Below the pieces are notes generated by a model that saw only the letters and a program-made list of their open reading frames with translations, had not been told where the DNA came from and did not search any database. A program made the translations under genes and the position numbers. A DNA stretch of 64,000 bases, taken from Hypanus sabinus (Eukaryota). The stretch lies in NCBI RefSeq assembly GCF_030144855.1, contig NW_026781846.1, positions 620,001 through 684,000 on the forward strand. Direction: 5' to 3'. Shown one piece after another: positions 40,798 to 52,310 of the stretch (within the stretch, counting starts at the first letter, position 1; every line of letters begins with the position of its first letter).

Positions 40798-41276
40798 CTG
40801 CATGAGAGAGAGGGAACAGCAAGTTGAGAAAAAAAGAACTCCTCGCATTTGCTAAATTCTTATTACCAAAAGATCATTTTATTGTTACAGCTAACTCGGA
40901 CATCCGTTCAAGTACAACTGCACACAATCAATTCGTTTAGCATTAGCGGGCTGTGAAAACCCAGTATTCCCAAATACAGGGCAGCTGCTGCAGACCAACG
41001 CACATAAACCGGAGCATCAAATTACTGAACACAAACTGCTGGAAGAACGCTGTCCAACTCGTTCAATTCCACAGACGTTGGCCGATTCGTTAAATTCCTG
41101 CAGCAGTTTGTTTTCGATCCGGATGCCAGAATACACATTCCCGGTATTTCCATTCCATTCCTGAAATGCAAAACACCGGGACTGGACAAGTGAGAGTGGA
41201 AACCAGCGACAGAAGCGATCACAATATTATAATAAAACTTCAATTCCCATCAACGGCAGGAGACACTGCGGCCTAC

Positions 41277-41346
41277 CGGGAATTCCAAAGGCTGAAATAA
41301 AAGGACTGTAGACTTTCACTATCTGCCAGATGAGAGAATAATCCAT
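41277..41346 (-). CDS. GPR139/GPR142-like class A GPCR, exon 1 (MDYSLIWQIVKVYSPFISAFGIP+G)
   Basis: ATG at 41346; 70-nt exon followed by donor G|GTAGG. Same length and phase as exon 1 at 7978-8047. Joins exon 2 in frame (G+CG=Ala). Confidence 0.85.
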
Positions 41347-41430
41347 TTCATAGAGAATGTATGCATTCTGTAACTCCCAAATCCACAGCTCGGGCAGATA
41401 TTTTGAGCTGATTTCGTCAAACCGGCGCTG

Positions 41431-41441
41431 GTTTATACAAA
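41431..41441 (-). promoter_or_regulatory. Putative TATA-like box of intact GPR139-like gene
   Basis: TTGTATAAAC on the minus strand ~90 bp upstream of ATG 41346, similar spacing to the paralogs. Confidence 0.4.
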
Positions 41442-42159
41442 GTATCGGTCTCCTGAGAATGGTTGCACCGCTGACTAACATTCTTAGTTACAGTTAACTG
41501 AACAAACAATTTAATTTAAAACCATCCTTTCTGATGTAAGAATTTGGCCAATAGAAGACAACTACATCAACAATTCTTGGGCGTTATCTAACCAGTGATT
41601 CATCTGGAGGAAATAATGCGGGAGCTCCAATGACAAAGACTGACCTCATTACCGTGCAGTCTCATTTATAGATTTAAGGGATTTGTTGACTAATTGCACA
41701 TCTGTAAGCGAAGTGCACCGACACCGCCTGACCGACACCCCTGCGGTTTCCCATTTTGAACTGCCTTCAGTGCTTCAACNNNNNNNNNNNNNNNNNNNNN
41801 NNNNNNNNNNNNNNNNNNNNNNNNNNNNNNNNNNNNNNNNNNNNNNNNNNNNNNNNNNNNNNNNNNNNNNNNNNNNNNNNNNNNNNNNNNNNNNNNNNNN
41901 NNNNNNNNNNNNNNNNNNNNNNNNNNNNNNNNNNNNNNNNNNNNNNNNNNNNNNNNNNNNNNNNNNNNNNNNAGATATAATAGACAGATCCACGTCGTGT
42001 TAGCACCGGACAAATGAACACGTTGCTGATGTAGAAAAACACGAAAACATCTGCAGTTGCTGGAAATCCAAAGCAACACATAGAATGTTCTGGCAAATCT
42101 CTGCTGAGTTCATTCAGCATTTTGTGATTTTGCTAATGTAAAATAATTGCATACACATC

Positions 42160-44990
42160 TCAGATCATTCAGAGTTCAAACGAGAATTGAGAAGAAATGT
42201 TTCAAGCTGCACATAAATGGGCATACCGGAAACTAATTCAAAATTAATCTCCCTCAGAATAAGAAACATCCTCTCCAAATCGTCTCTATTAAGGCTGTTC
42301 AATTTTTGATAGGTTTCAATGAGATTCCCATTCATTTTTCTAAACTCAAGTGAATACAGGCCAAGAGCCATCAAATTCTCCTCATTGAATTCCGCTGGAT
42401 CTCTATAGACCCTCTCCAATGCCAGCACATCTTTTCTTAGATAAGGGACCTAAATCTGCTCACAATGCTCCAAGTGTGGTCTGACCAATGGTTATAATGC
42501 CCTAGGATTACATCCTTGCTCTTATTTTCTAGTCCTCTTGAAATGAAAGCGATCACTGAATCCGCCCTCACGTCAACCATTAGGCAATCCTGAACAGGGA
42601 CTCCCAAGTTCCTTTGCACGTCTGACTGTTAAATATTCTGTACATTTAGAAAATAGTATATGCCTTTAATCCTTCTACCAAAGTGCATGACTTAGGTACA
42701 CTTCCCTGCACTACATTCCATCTGCCCATTCTCCCAGTTTGTCGAAACCTTCTGCAGATACCTTTTTTCCTGAACGCCACCTGCCCCTCCAAATCTCTTT
42801 GTGTAATACTGAAACTTGACATAAAGCCATCAATTCGGTCATCCATATCATTGACGAATAACGTGAAAAGAAACGGCTGCGACAAAGATCCCTGTGGAAC
42901 ACTACCAATTGACTGCAGCAAACCGGAAAATACCCCCTATTGTCACTCCTTCTCTTCTGCCAGTTAGCCAACCTTCTGTCTATGCTAGTATCTTAGTATG
43001 CCATGGGCTCTTAATTTGCTAAGCAGACTCGTGCGGCACCTTGTCAAAGCCCTTGTGAAAATGTAGGTAATCAACATCCACAGATTTTCTGTTGACTATC
43101 CTGCTTTTTCATTCCTCAAAAAATTCCAACAGATTTGTTAGGCATGACTTCTCCTGAAGGAAACCACTCTGACTTTGCCGGCTTTATCAGGTGCCTCCAA
43201 CTACACCAAAACCTCAGCCTTCATAATGACTCCAGCAGCGCCAACTACTGAAGTCAGGATGATTGGCTAATAATTATCTTTCCTTTGCCTCCCTCCCTTA
43301 AAGTGTAGAATGATATTTGCATTTTTCCAATATTCCAGAGCCATTCTGTAACCTAATGATTCGTGTAAGATCATGACTAATACCTCCACAACCTCCGCTG
43401 CTACCTCTTTCAGAACACGAAAGTGTAGTCCATCCGGTCCAGGTGACTTATCTAACATTCAACCTTTCAACCTTCAAAACACCTTCTCCTTAATAATAAC
43501 AACAAAACTCAATTCTGCCCCCTATAATTTTGGATTTTGGCATGTTCCTAGTGTCCTACACAGTGAAGAAAGACAGAAAGTACGTATTGAGTTTGTCTGC
43601 CATTTCTGTTCCCCCTTTACTATCACTCCAGCATCATTTTCCATTGGTCCGATATCCACTCTCGTCTCTCCTTCACTTTTTTATATTTCTGTAAAAATAG
43701 TTTTGGTATCATCATATTATTGGCTAACTAATGTTCATATTTCATCTTTCTCTCTTTATGACTTTTAGTTGCCGATTGTTAGTTTCTAAAAGCTTCCCAA
43801 TCCTCCAACTTCCCACAATTTTTGCTGTATTATCTGTTCTTTCTTTTCCCTCTATGCTGTATTTGACTTCCGTTGTTAACCACTGTTACCTTTAGAATAA
43901 TTCGGGATGTATCTATACTGCGCCTTCTGAATTGCTCTCAGATACACCAACCATTGCTGTTCTGCTGTAATCCCTGGTACCGTCCCCGTCCAATTAAATT
44001 TTGCCAGCTCCACTCTCATGCTTCTGTTACAGTATTATTTTTTTTCCACTGAAATACCAATATATATGATTTTATTTTCTCCAATCCCAAACTGCAGAGT
44101 GAATTTATCATATTATGATACCAGTCTCCTAAGGGTTCCTTTACCTTAAACTCCCTAATGCAATCTGGTCCATAACACATCACGCAATCCAAAATTGCCT
44201 TTCACCTGGTGGCCTCAACCACAAGCGGTTCTAGAAACCCACCTTGTAAACTTTCCACAAATTCCATCTCCTGGAGTTCGGCACCGACATGAATTTCTCA
44301 ATCTACCTACATATTGAAATACCCCATGACTACTGCAACATTACCATTTTTACATGCCTGTCTGTGCCTCACCTCTAGGCCACAGTTCGAAGGCCTGGAT
44401 ATAACTCACATCAGGGTCTTTTCTACCCTTGCAGTTTCTTAACTCTACTCCCAAGGATACTCCATCTTCCAGTCCAATGTTTCCTATTTCTAAGGATTTG
44501 ATTTATTTTTTTTTACTAAATAAGCCATTGCACCACCTCTACTTACCTGCCTGTACTTTCCGTACAATCTATCTTTTAACGTTAATCTCCCAACTATGAT
44601 TCTCTTTCAGCCACAATTCAGTAATGCCCACAATGTCATACCTGCAATCTCTAATCATTACCTTATTCCATAAACTGTACAGTGTGCTTCCAAATATGAC
44701 ACCTTCAGACATTTATTCCTTACGCTCTTCGATTTTGTCAGCACATTAGACTTTAACTCATCCCACTGACTACAACTTTGTCCCATCATCTGCCTGTCCT
44801 TCCTCACAGTCTCACTACACAATCCAACTACTTGCATACTAACTGCCCCGTCTTCAGACCTATCATTCCAGGTCACATCCTCCCTGCCTAATTAGTTTAA
44901 ATCATCCCCCACAACTCCATCAAACCTGCCCACAAGGATATTGGTGCCCCTTGGCTTCAGGTGTCAACTATCCTTTTTGTACATGTCATA
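42160..44990 (-). mobile_element. Degraded CR1 LINE (ORF1 end, EN, RT, near 3' end)
   Basis: DKSPGPDGLH, GSVPQGS, YSLEFRKMNGNLIETY and VMGYFN motifs. Confidence 0.88.
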
Positions 44991-45580
44991 TAAACTAATA
45001 GCTTGAAACAAAGCTATTAGTTTCAAGAAAATTAGACCATCATTGTTTAGTGTTCTCATGGGTTTCATAACTAGCGAAAATCATCAGTGTTAAACCACAT
45101 GGTCCCTTAGCATTCTGTTTTGAAACACATGAGGTTGAGCTGACGTAACTCAATCTTAGATTCTTCTCCTATTGCGGTACATTTCTTCATTTCTACTTCT
45201 GACTGCAAGTTTATTGGATTGGATGGTTGTTCCTCCTGCACAGATCCTGTGCATCTGTTTTTCTTGCGTAATTTCTGGGATTTCTCGTGTTCATATAAAT
45301 TTTGATTTTAAAACACGTGCACTAAAGCGAACCAAGGGTTCAGAGTTTCCCCATCATTTTAAGTGCATAAAGGTGGACCAATCTGATGAAAACTTGTTTG
45401 CAATGTCGGGCATCAACATCTTTACTCAGTAATAATCTTTAACTTTTTGTTTTACTACATATGGTCTTCTTGCTGCTGAGACTTCAATTAGAAAACCTTT
45501 ATTGCTTGTTTGCAAATATTTCTCATTATTCTCCTATTTTCTACGTTTAGACCACTTCAGTGCTAACTCAGAGGGAAAGG

Positions 45581-46993
45581 ATGGCAAATTCAACGCAGAC
45601 AAATTCACCTCTCAGCAACCTAACAGACATTGAAAGAGGGAGCGCTTACAAAACAGTTGAACTAATCTTCATTTTGATTGTAGCATTATCTTTGAGTCTG
45701 GTGACCATTATCGGAAACATTCTGGTTATGCTTTCTATTAAAGTAAACAGACAGTTACAAACAATTAACAACAATTTTATTTTCAGTTTAGCCTGTGCTG
45801 ATTTAATCATTGGTGTGTTCTCTATGAACCTTTACACCATGTACAGCATCATTGGCTACTGGCCCATGGGCCCATTGGTGTGTGATTTATGGCTGGCTCT
45901 AGATTACGTTGCTGGTTATGCATCTATCATGAACCTGCTTATCATCAGCTTTGACCGATATTTCTGTGTGACAAAGCCTCTCAGCTACCCTGTGAAGAGA
46001 ACCACCAAGATGGCACGGATGATGATTGCAGCTGCTTGGGTGCTGTCATTTATCCTCTGGGCTCCTACCATTCTCTTCTGGCAGTTCATTGTAGGTGGAC
46101 GGACAGTTAAAGTAGGTGAGTGTCATATACAGTTCTTCTCAAATCCAGTTGTCACTTTTGGCACTGGAATAGCAGCCTTCTATCTACCTGTTATTACCAT
46201 GACTATTCTGTATGTGCACATATCCCGTGCTAGCAAGAGTCGGATCAAGAAGGATAAGGAACAGGCAGAGTCAAACAAAGGCACCATCTCTCCCAGTCTA
46301 GAGCGAGGCAAAATAATGAAACCGAATAATAACAACATGTCAAGTGCACCTGATGTATTGCAGAATGTCGAAGTACAAAATGGCAAGGCAGCTGGTAAAG
46401 TAATTACGTATCACTGTGGCCAAGGAGAGGAAATGGGGGTTTGCAATCACACGACTTCCCTTAGTGTCGTCCCTTCCATCCAGAAGGAGGAAGGAACGAT
46501 TGATGAGAGCACAAAGGTCTCCAGTGCACAAAGACATTTTAGCAATCGCAACTCCAAGCTCTTCGGCATAAAAGATGTCACGAAAGTTAAAAAGAGTGAC
46601 TACAGTGCTACTACACTTGAAATGGTGTCAGACAACAGCACCAACAGTGGTAAAAACAGAGAGCTCGCCGCAGCCCACATGATCATTAAAATGACAAACA
46701 CCCCTGCTAAGAAAAAGAAGGGAGCTGTAACCCGGGAGAATAAGGTGACCAGGACAATCTTGGCTATTCTGCTGGCATGTATTATCACCTGGACGCCATA
46801 CAGTGTCATGGTACTCATTAACACTTTATGTTCAGTCTGCGTCCCTAACACAGTATGGAGTATTGGATACTGGCTCTGTTACATCAACAGTACTCTCAAC
46901 CCAGCCTGCTATGCACTATGCAATGCTACCTTCAAGAAAACCTTCAAGCATCTTCTCTTCTGCCAATATAAAAATATTGGAGCAGCAAGATAA
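45581..46993 (+). CDS. chrm2: Muscarinic acetylcholine receptor M2-like, divergent paralog; single coding exon, 470 aa
   Basis: ATG at 45581 (MANSTQTNS..., with N-glycosylation sequons). Seven TM segments with [52 protein letters not shown] and C-terminal KNIGAAR, colinear with vertebrate M2. Polypyrimidine tract and TTTAG acceptor at ~45520-45550 match the usual muscarinic gene layout. It may be a paralog rather than the true ortholog. Confidence 0.93.
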   Translation: MANSTQTNSPLSNLTDIERGSAYKTVELIFILIVALSLSLVTIIGNILVMLSIKVNRQLQTINNNFIFSLACADLIIGVFSMNLYTMYSIIGYWPMGPLVCDLWLALDYVAGYASIMNLLIISFDRYFCVTKPLSYPVKRTTKMARMMIAAAWVLSFILWAPTILFWQFIVGGRTVKVGECHIQFFSNPVVTFGTGIAAFYLPVITMTILYVHISRASKSRIKKDKEQAESNKGTISPSLERGKIMKPNNNNMSSAPDVLQNVEVQNGKAAGKVITYHCGQGEEMGVCNHTTSLSVVPSIQKEEGTIDESTKVSSAQRHFSNRNSKLFGIKDVTKVKKSDYSATTLEMVSDNSTNSGKNRELAAAHMIIKMTNTPAKKKKGAVTRENKVTRTILAILLACIITWTPYSVMVLINTLCSVCVPNTVWSIGYWLCYINSTLNPACYALCNATFKKTFKHLLFCQYKNIGAAR

Positions 46994-47244
46994 AATCAAC
47001 AACCAGCTCCTCTCCATGAACATTTTATACATGGTATAGATGACTTTCACAATGCTTATCATAAATGTATATAAGTAAAATGTTCAACACGCTAAGTTAT
47101 GGCTCAAAGCGACATTATCTGTAATATGGTGAAAGGACGCTTGAGTTCTGTCCAATGAATTTCGTATTTCTGTTTAAATGACGAGTGTACTGACTATTAT
47201 AATGTTTCTGTGTGAAATCATAAATTAATCTGCCTAGATTTCAA

Positions 47245-48075
47245 AGATGGTGCGTTCCAGTTAATTGGGGAACACGAAGAATTGTACATTTTGGCCTGAT
47301 TAAATGGTTGCCCCAGTGAGCCGGTTTCCTGGAAATCGTTAACAAAGTTTAAAAAAATACAAACTTACTTATAAATAAGTAACGAAGTACGTGTTTAAAG
47401 GAAATACAGAATACATTAGAACACAACCAAAATCACTGCAGTATATAAAACAGTCTCAGTTCCTAATTATTATGCTGTAATTCATTAAGTGTTCACTGAC
47501 ATGTTTTTTTGATTGATTGTAAATAAATAAAATTATCAGAGAAACCAAGTGCAGATAGTGGACAGCTTTCAAACAGTGCTATCGATGATTTGAACCTCCA
47601 AATCCCCATTTTAATTGTAATATTCAAGATGATTGCTGATACCTTTAAATTAATCATAGTACCTAACTAGATGAAGTATTGAAATTGTTTCATTTCACCT
47701 TAGACGTTTCTGGCATCCGCAAGCCTGAATGCTTGAAACCGCAGTGAGGAAAGCAGTTCCGAATTGTCTTACTGTTTATCATTTGCCTGATCAATGACAA
47801 AACTCACTCCTCTTTGAATACGAACACACTCGTGATGCTATTTAAAACGGTTGTTTTAAGTACAGCGTAGTGCATAATGGCCACATAACTTGCATGTGAC
47901 TGACGCTAGTTAGAACCTATTTGGCAGCAGATTCCTGCCCCAATTAAGTGGCATTGTTTTCCAAATAAACAAAGGAATCCAATGTTTTTGCAATTTATTT
48001 ATTTATAATTAAGTGTTGTCCTAAATAAGCGGTTTCCCCAATTAACCAGTGGCACAAATAATGCCATTTGACTTA
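47245..48075. mobile_element. Non-autonomous pogo/Tigger-like DNA transposon in or near the M2-like 3'UTR
   Basis: Imperfect inverted ends GTTAATTGGGGAA (~47260) / TTCCCCAATTAAC (~48035), with internal CCCAATTAA repeats. Confidence 0.55.
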
Positions 48076-48241
48076 ATTATAAAATTCAACATGGGCACAT
48101 TCAAGGGGCAATGTTCATTTTTTATATCACTCAGTATCAAAAATTGCATTCTGCCCTTTTAATAAACGTGTTTCTAATGGATACACAAATCATTACCTTT
48201 GAGTTATTAGTTCTAATTAGTTGTTTCGAAACTTAATCACT

Positions 48242-48690
48242 TGTCACAAGGGGGGGGGGGCGTTGGTGCGGACCCAAATGCAAGACACAGATACTAAGGG
48301 ACTAGGAACAGGACTAAGTTGGTCAAGAAAACAAGGGAAGACAGGAGTGAATTCCGCAGTACATTGACACAGGCCTTGGACGAGACTAGGATTCAGGGCC
48401 TGGGCTTGGACTTGGTCTAGTGACAAGGGACACGGACGTAAAACAAGGAACATGGAGCCTGGGCTAGGGCTCCGAGCCGGACGAGGACCCAAAACCTAAG
48501 TCTTGACTCGAGTACGGAACACGAATCTAGGCGAGGACAAAACGTGGCTACAGGTCGTGGCGTGGCTACAGGACTGCACGTGAGACTCATGGACAGGACG
48601 GGGGAACGCCAGCACCGGGCTGCGCGAGGTAGCCTTTGGCTGGGCGAGGTACAAGGACAGGACGAGGCACATGAACAGAACGAGAACATG
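48242..48690 (-). mobile_element. Solo-LTR-like element (family C), truncated
   Basis: TGTCAC...GCGGACCCAAATGCAAGACACAGA...ACTAGGAACAGG is the reverse complement of the 22770-22844 end. Confidence 0.7.
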
Positions 48691-49715
48691 AAGCGGCCGC
48701 ACCAGGAACACCGGACGCAGTATGTCACAGCAGTTGACTCACAGACTCACTTCCTCACCTGGAAGGACTCTCTGGAGCCATGAATGGTGGTGATGGAGGA
48801 AGTATAAAGGCAGGTGTAGCAATTGTTCCGCTTACAAGGACAAGCGCCGGGAGGGAGATCGGTGGGAAGCGATCGCGGGTATGAATGGACGAGGGAGTCG
48901 TGAAGGTAGGGAACTCCTCGCAAAGCAGAAATTGGGGGAGGGGCCGAAATATGTGCTTGGTGCTCCCAGTGCGGCATTCTAGATATTGGTGAGAACCGAC
49001 TCGGACTGGGAGACCATTTCACTGAACACCTATACTCTGTCTGCCAGAGGAAGCTGTATCTCCCAGTGGTCATGCATTTTAATTCCACGTCCCATTCCCA
49101 TTCTGATCTGTCTATCCAGAGCATCCTCTACTGTCAAGATCATGCCACATTCAGGTTGGAGGAACAACTCCTCATATTCCGTCAGCGTAGCCTCCAATCT
49201 GATGGCCTGAACATTGACTTCTCTAACTTTCGTTAATGCCCCTCCTCCTCCTCTTACCCCAACACTTATTCATTCATTAATTCATTCATTCATCTGCCTA
49301 TCTATTTATTTATTCATTTAATTGTTTGCTTATTCATTTATTTCTTTCCCCTTCCCACTTTTATTTCTTTCACTCTGTCTTTTCTCTCTCTGTCCCTTAA
49401 ACAATATTCCTTGCCTGCTCTCCGTCTTCCTCCGGGGCTCCAACCCCCTTTCTTTCTTCCCAGCCTCCCGTCGCGTGATCCTCCTCTTTCTACAGCCTGG
49501 TATCCCTTTTGCTAATTAGCTTTCCAGCTCTGAGCTTTATCCCCTCCCCCTCCTGTCTTCTTTATCAAATCTCCCAGTATCTGTTATTTCAGTTAGTCCT
49601 GATGAAAGATCTCGTCCCGACACATCGACTATGCTTCTTTCTACAGATGCTGCCTGGCCTGTATTTTGTGTGTCTTACTTGAATTCCCAGGATCTACAGA
49701 TTTCTACGTGTTTGC
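48690..49715. mobile_element. Penelope-like GIY-YIG element with internal inversion (minus 48690-48945, plus 48950-49715)
   Basis: Minus piece: DSLVHS..LPTDLPPG.CPCKRNNCYTC..FQVR..TYCVRCSWCG. Plus piece: CSQCGILDIGE..LGDHFTEH..RLEEQLLIF..DGLNIDFSNFR*, then a tail. Confidence 0.8.
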
Positions 49716-51133
49716 ATCACACATGCATTGTGCGCCACTGCCTCATTAACCATCATCCCATTGATCACCGTCTATCAACCAGGTTCATAACAAGCATTCA
49801 TACACTCAGTAGCACAGTTGCACATGTATTAAGTCTTGTATCTATTGTTCACAGATTGCACACAATTCAACAATCGCAGACACCGTATGCAAATAGTTTT
49901 GTAGAAAGCAGAATAATTCATTCCCTCTCATTCGATCCGGGATATTACACAGGGAGCAGTAGTTGAAATGGCTGAGACATTGCATCACATGTCCTCACAG
50001 AGTGGTGCTGCTTCATGTTCGTGGGACTAAACTATTGGGGCAATGGTTAATCCTCGGCTGATTGCCGAAACCTTCCCGAATTCTACTTCTCACTTAATCG
50101 AAAAAATCTCCTGTTTTACTGAATGTATAACTGTTTTATCAATTTTTTAACAGAGAAATACATCTTTTACATCCGCCCGTGTCCATCAAAACTTTGCTAC
50201 TCCTGTGGGGTCCATTTCAGCTGGCCAAGAATCACACTAGTAAAGTGGGGATGGAAAGTAATTTAACTGACGGCACCGATTCACTTAGTCGGTAATAAAA
50301 TCGAGTTCATTATTTAGAGATGAGCTCAGCGGTGTACCTTTGCATGTGGAGTGTCTCTGGGTATGCAGACTGTACCTTGGGCTGGGGATTTTGGAATAAT
50401 TCAGTAGATCACAGAACCTTTCGAGAAAAGAGGAGTTATGTAAGTACTTTCGCGTATAAGAAGGGTAAAAGAGTGAAATTCTTGATTCCAGAAAACATGT
50501 GAGCAAGGTCAAAGAGCATGGACCAATCCAAATTAACCTTGCAAAGAAATAGAGCCCATCCACCGCTTCACAGAAGTGCTGAGGAACCTCATTTTGGGTT
50601 GAAAACCCTGTGACTTGTAGCAGTTATCTCAAATCCTGATGCAGTAGGGGTAGATTCCAACCAAGTGTACGTGTGTTGATGTGAAAGCTCAGATTTTCAC
50701 TGTCTAAACTCAGGATTTGGCCAGCATGGTGGGAATAATAATGTTCAAAAGCAATGACAGGATGTTGTAACAATACAGCAATCTCATCTCGTTCACAGTG
50801 CTGGGGTAGCTGGACTGTCATGTGGAGGGAGCAGCACTGGCATTGTGTAGTAAAGACTGCATTTGTTATCCCACCATTGACATTCTGCCAGTTGTCTTGT
50901 CATATTGAAAAACGATACCAAGGCTCACAGGATAAGCAGAAGCCCTTCTCATCAGAAATGATGCCTATCTTGAAGGGAGAGTACAGCTCAGAGACAGCCT
51001 TATAGACCCACAATCGCACACTAAAGCTATTTGCAGTCTCCTTCACTGAAGTTCCTTACATTCAGCCCAGCCAGCCCTACCGTTGATTTTGCTCTGCATG
51101 AATCTCCACCCAACTTTCATCAATAATTACATC

Positions 51134-51485
51134 AAAGGTTCAAAGGTCTAATTTAATTTCAGAGAAATGTATACAACATACATCCTAAAATGCTTATGTT
51201 TGCAAAAATCCACCAAAACAAAGAAGTGCCCAAAAGAATGAAGGACAGTTACACGTGAGATCCCCAAAGTCCCCCTCCCGTGCATAAGCATTTGCAAGCA
51301 ATAATCCCCCCACTACCACCGACAGAAAAAGCAAACATCGGCACCTCAACCAAGCAGTCAAGTGTGAGCAAAGCGATAGCAAAGACACAGACTTGCAGTT
51401 ACCCCAAAGACTTAGAGTTTCACCCATTATTCGACACACCCCATGTTCTCTCTCTCCCTAAGGAGGGAGAGGGAGGTGTCTCCAT
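51134..51485 (-). mobile_element. Non-autonomous retroposon, 5'-truncated copy
   Basis: (AAAGGTTC)n tail and body colinear with 61802-62190. Confidence 0.65.
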
Positions 51486-52064
51486 CAGCAGACAAATGTA
51501 TTTTCTTCCTCACAAACTCTATTCTAAGTGCGTCTGTATTACTTACTGAAGACACCTCCTGTCATGACAATTTGGATTTCTATCATCTTTGCTAACTTTG
51601 GATAAGCAAGTTAGAATTTTATGGTGACTAACTTGTGTGGTTGGTCTCTGTCTGCTCCAGCTAACCCAAGGAGCTACTCTATCGCCATCCACTTAGGTAA
51701 AGACACTAAGAGTAAAAAGGTGCTCCTATTCCACTTGCCAAGATTGGATTGATAAAACCGGTTTGGAATATTTATTTTGTGTTGACTTGTATTTCATGTT
51801 ACAGCGACATACGTTTTTTGCAGAATAGTGAATGAGGATGTGTTTTACCGCTGCAGTTGGATGAATTGGTCCTGAAATGAATGAGTATTCAACCTGGCCA
51901 AGCATGCTACTTCTTCTTCTCTTTCTTCTTGTTCCCGTTCAGTTTCTGAACCCCTACCCTCCGCGGCACTTTTTTCTTAGTGTCTAGCTGCTTGATACGA
52001 AGCTGGTTAACAAAAGAAGAGCCACTAAAAAGGGAAGCCTGTGAGGCACACAGCAGAATTCGAG

Positions 52065-52310
52065 CCACAGAATCATCAAAAAGTATAGCACGGAAACAGA
52101 CCCTTCAGCCCATCTAGGGGGCTGAACAATTAAAACTGCCCACTCCCATCGACCTCCACCAGGACCATAGCCCTTCATACATCTACCATCTATGTATCCA
52201 TCCAAACTTCTCTTAAATATTTCATGTATCTCTCGTGCTGGCAGCTCTTTCCCCACTCACAGAACACTCTGAGTGAAAAAGTTTCCCTTCATGTTCCCCT
52301 TAAACTTTTC
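52065..52310 (-). mobile_element. CR1 3' end
   Basis: KFKGNMKGNFFTQ and FKRSLDGYID remnants plus tail. Confidence 0.8.

Noticed and set aside
40798-40822. N-terminus MLFPLSH of the 312-aa ORF
   Set aside because: Intronic polypyrimidine/acceptor sequence; the real N-terminus comes from exon 1 at 41346-41277.
45560-45580. N-terminal extension MLTQRER of the M2-like ORF
   Set aside because: Starts at GTG; the true ATG is at 45581 (AGGATGG context, MANS start).
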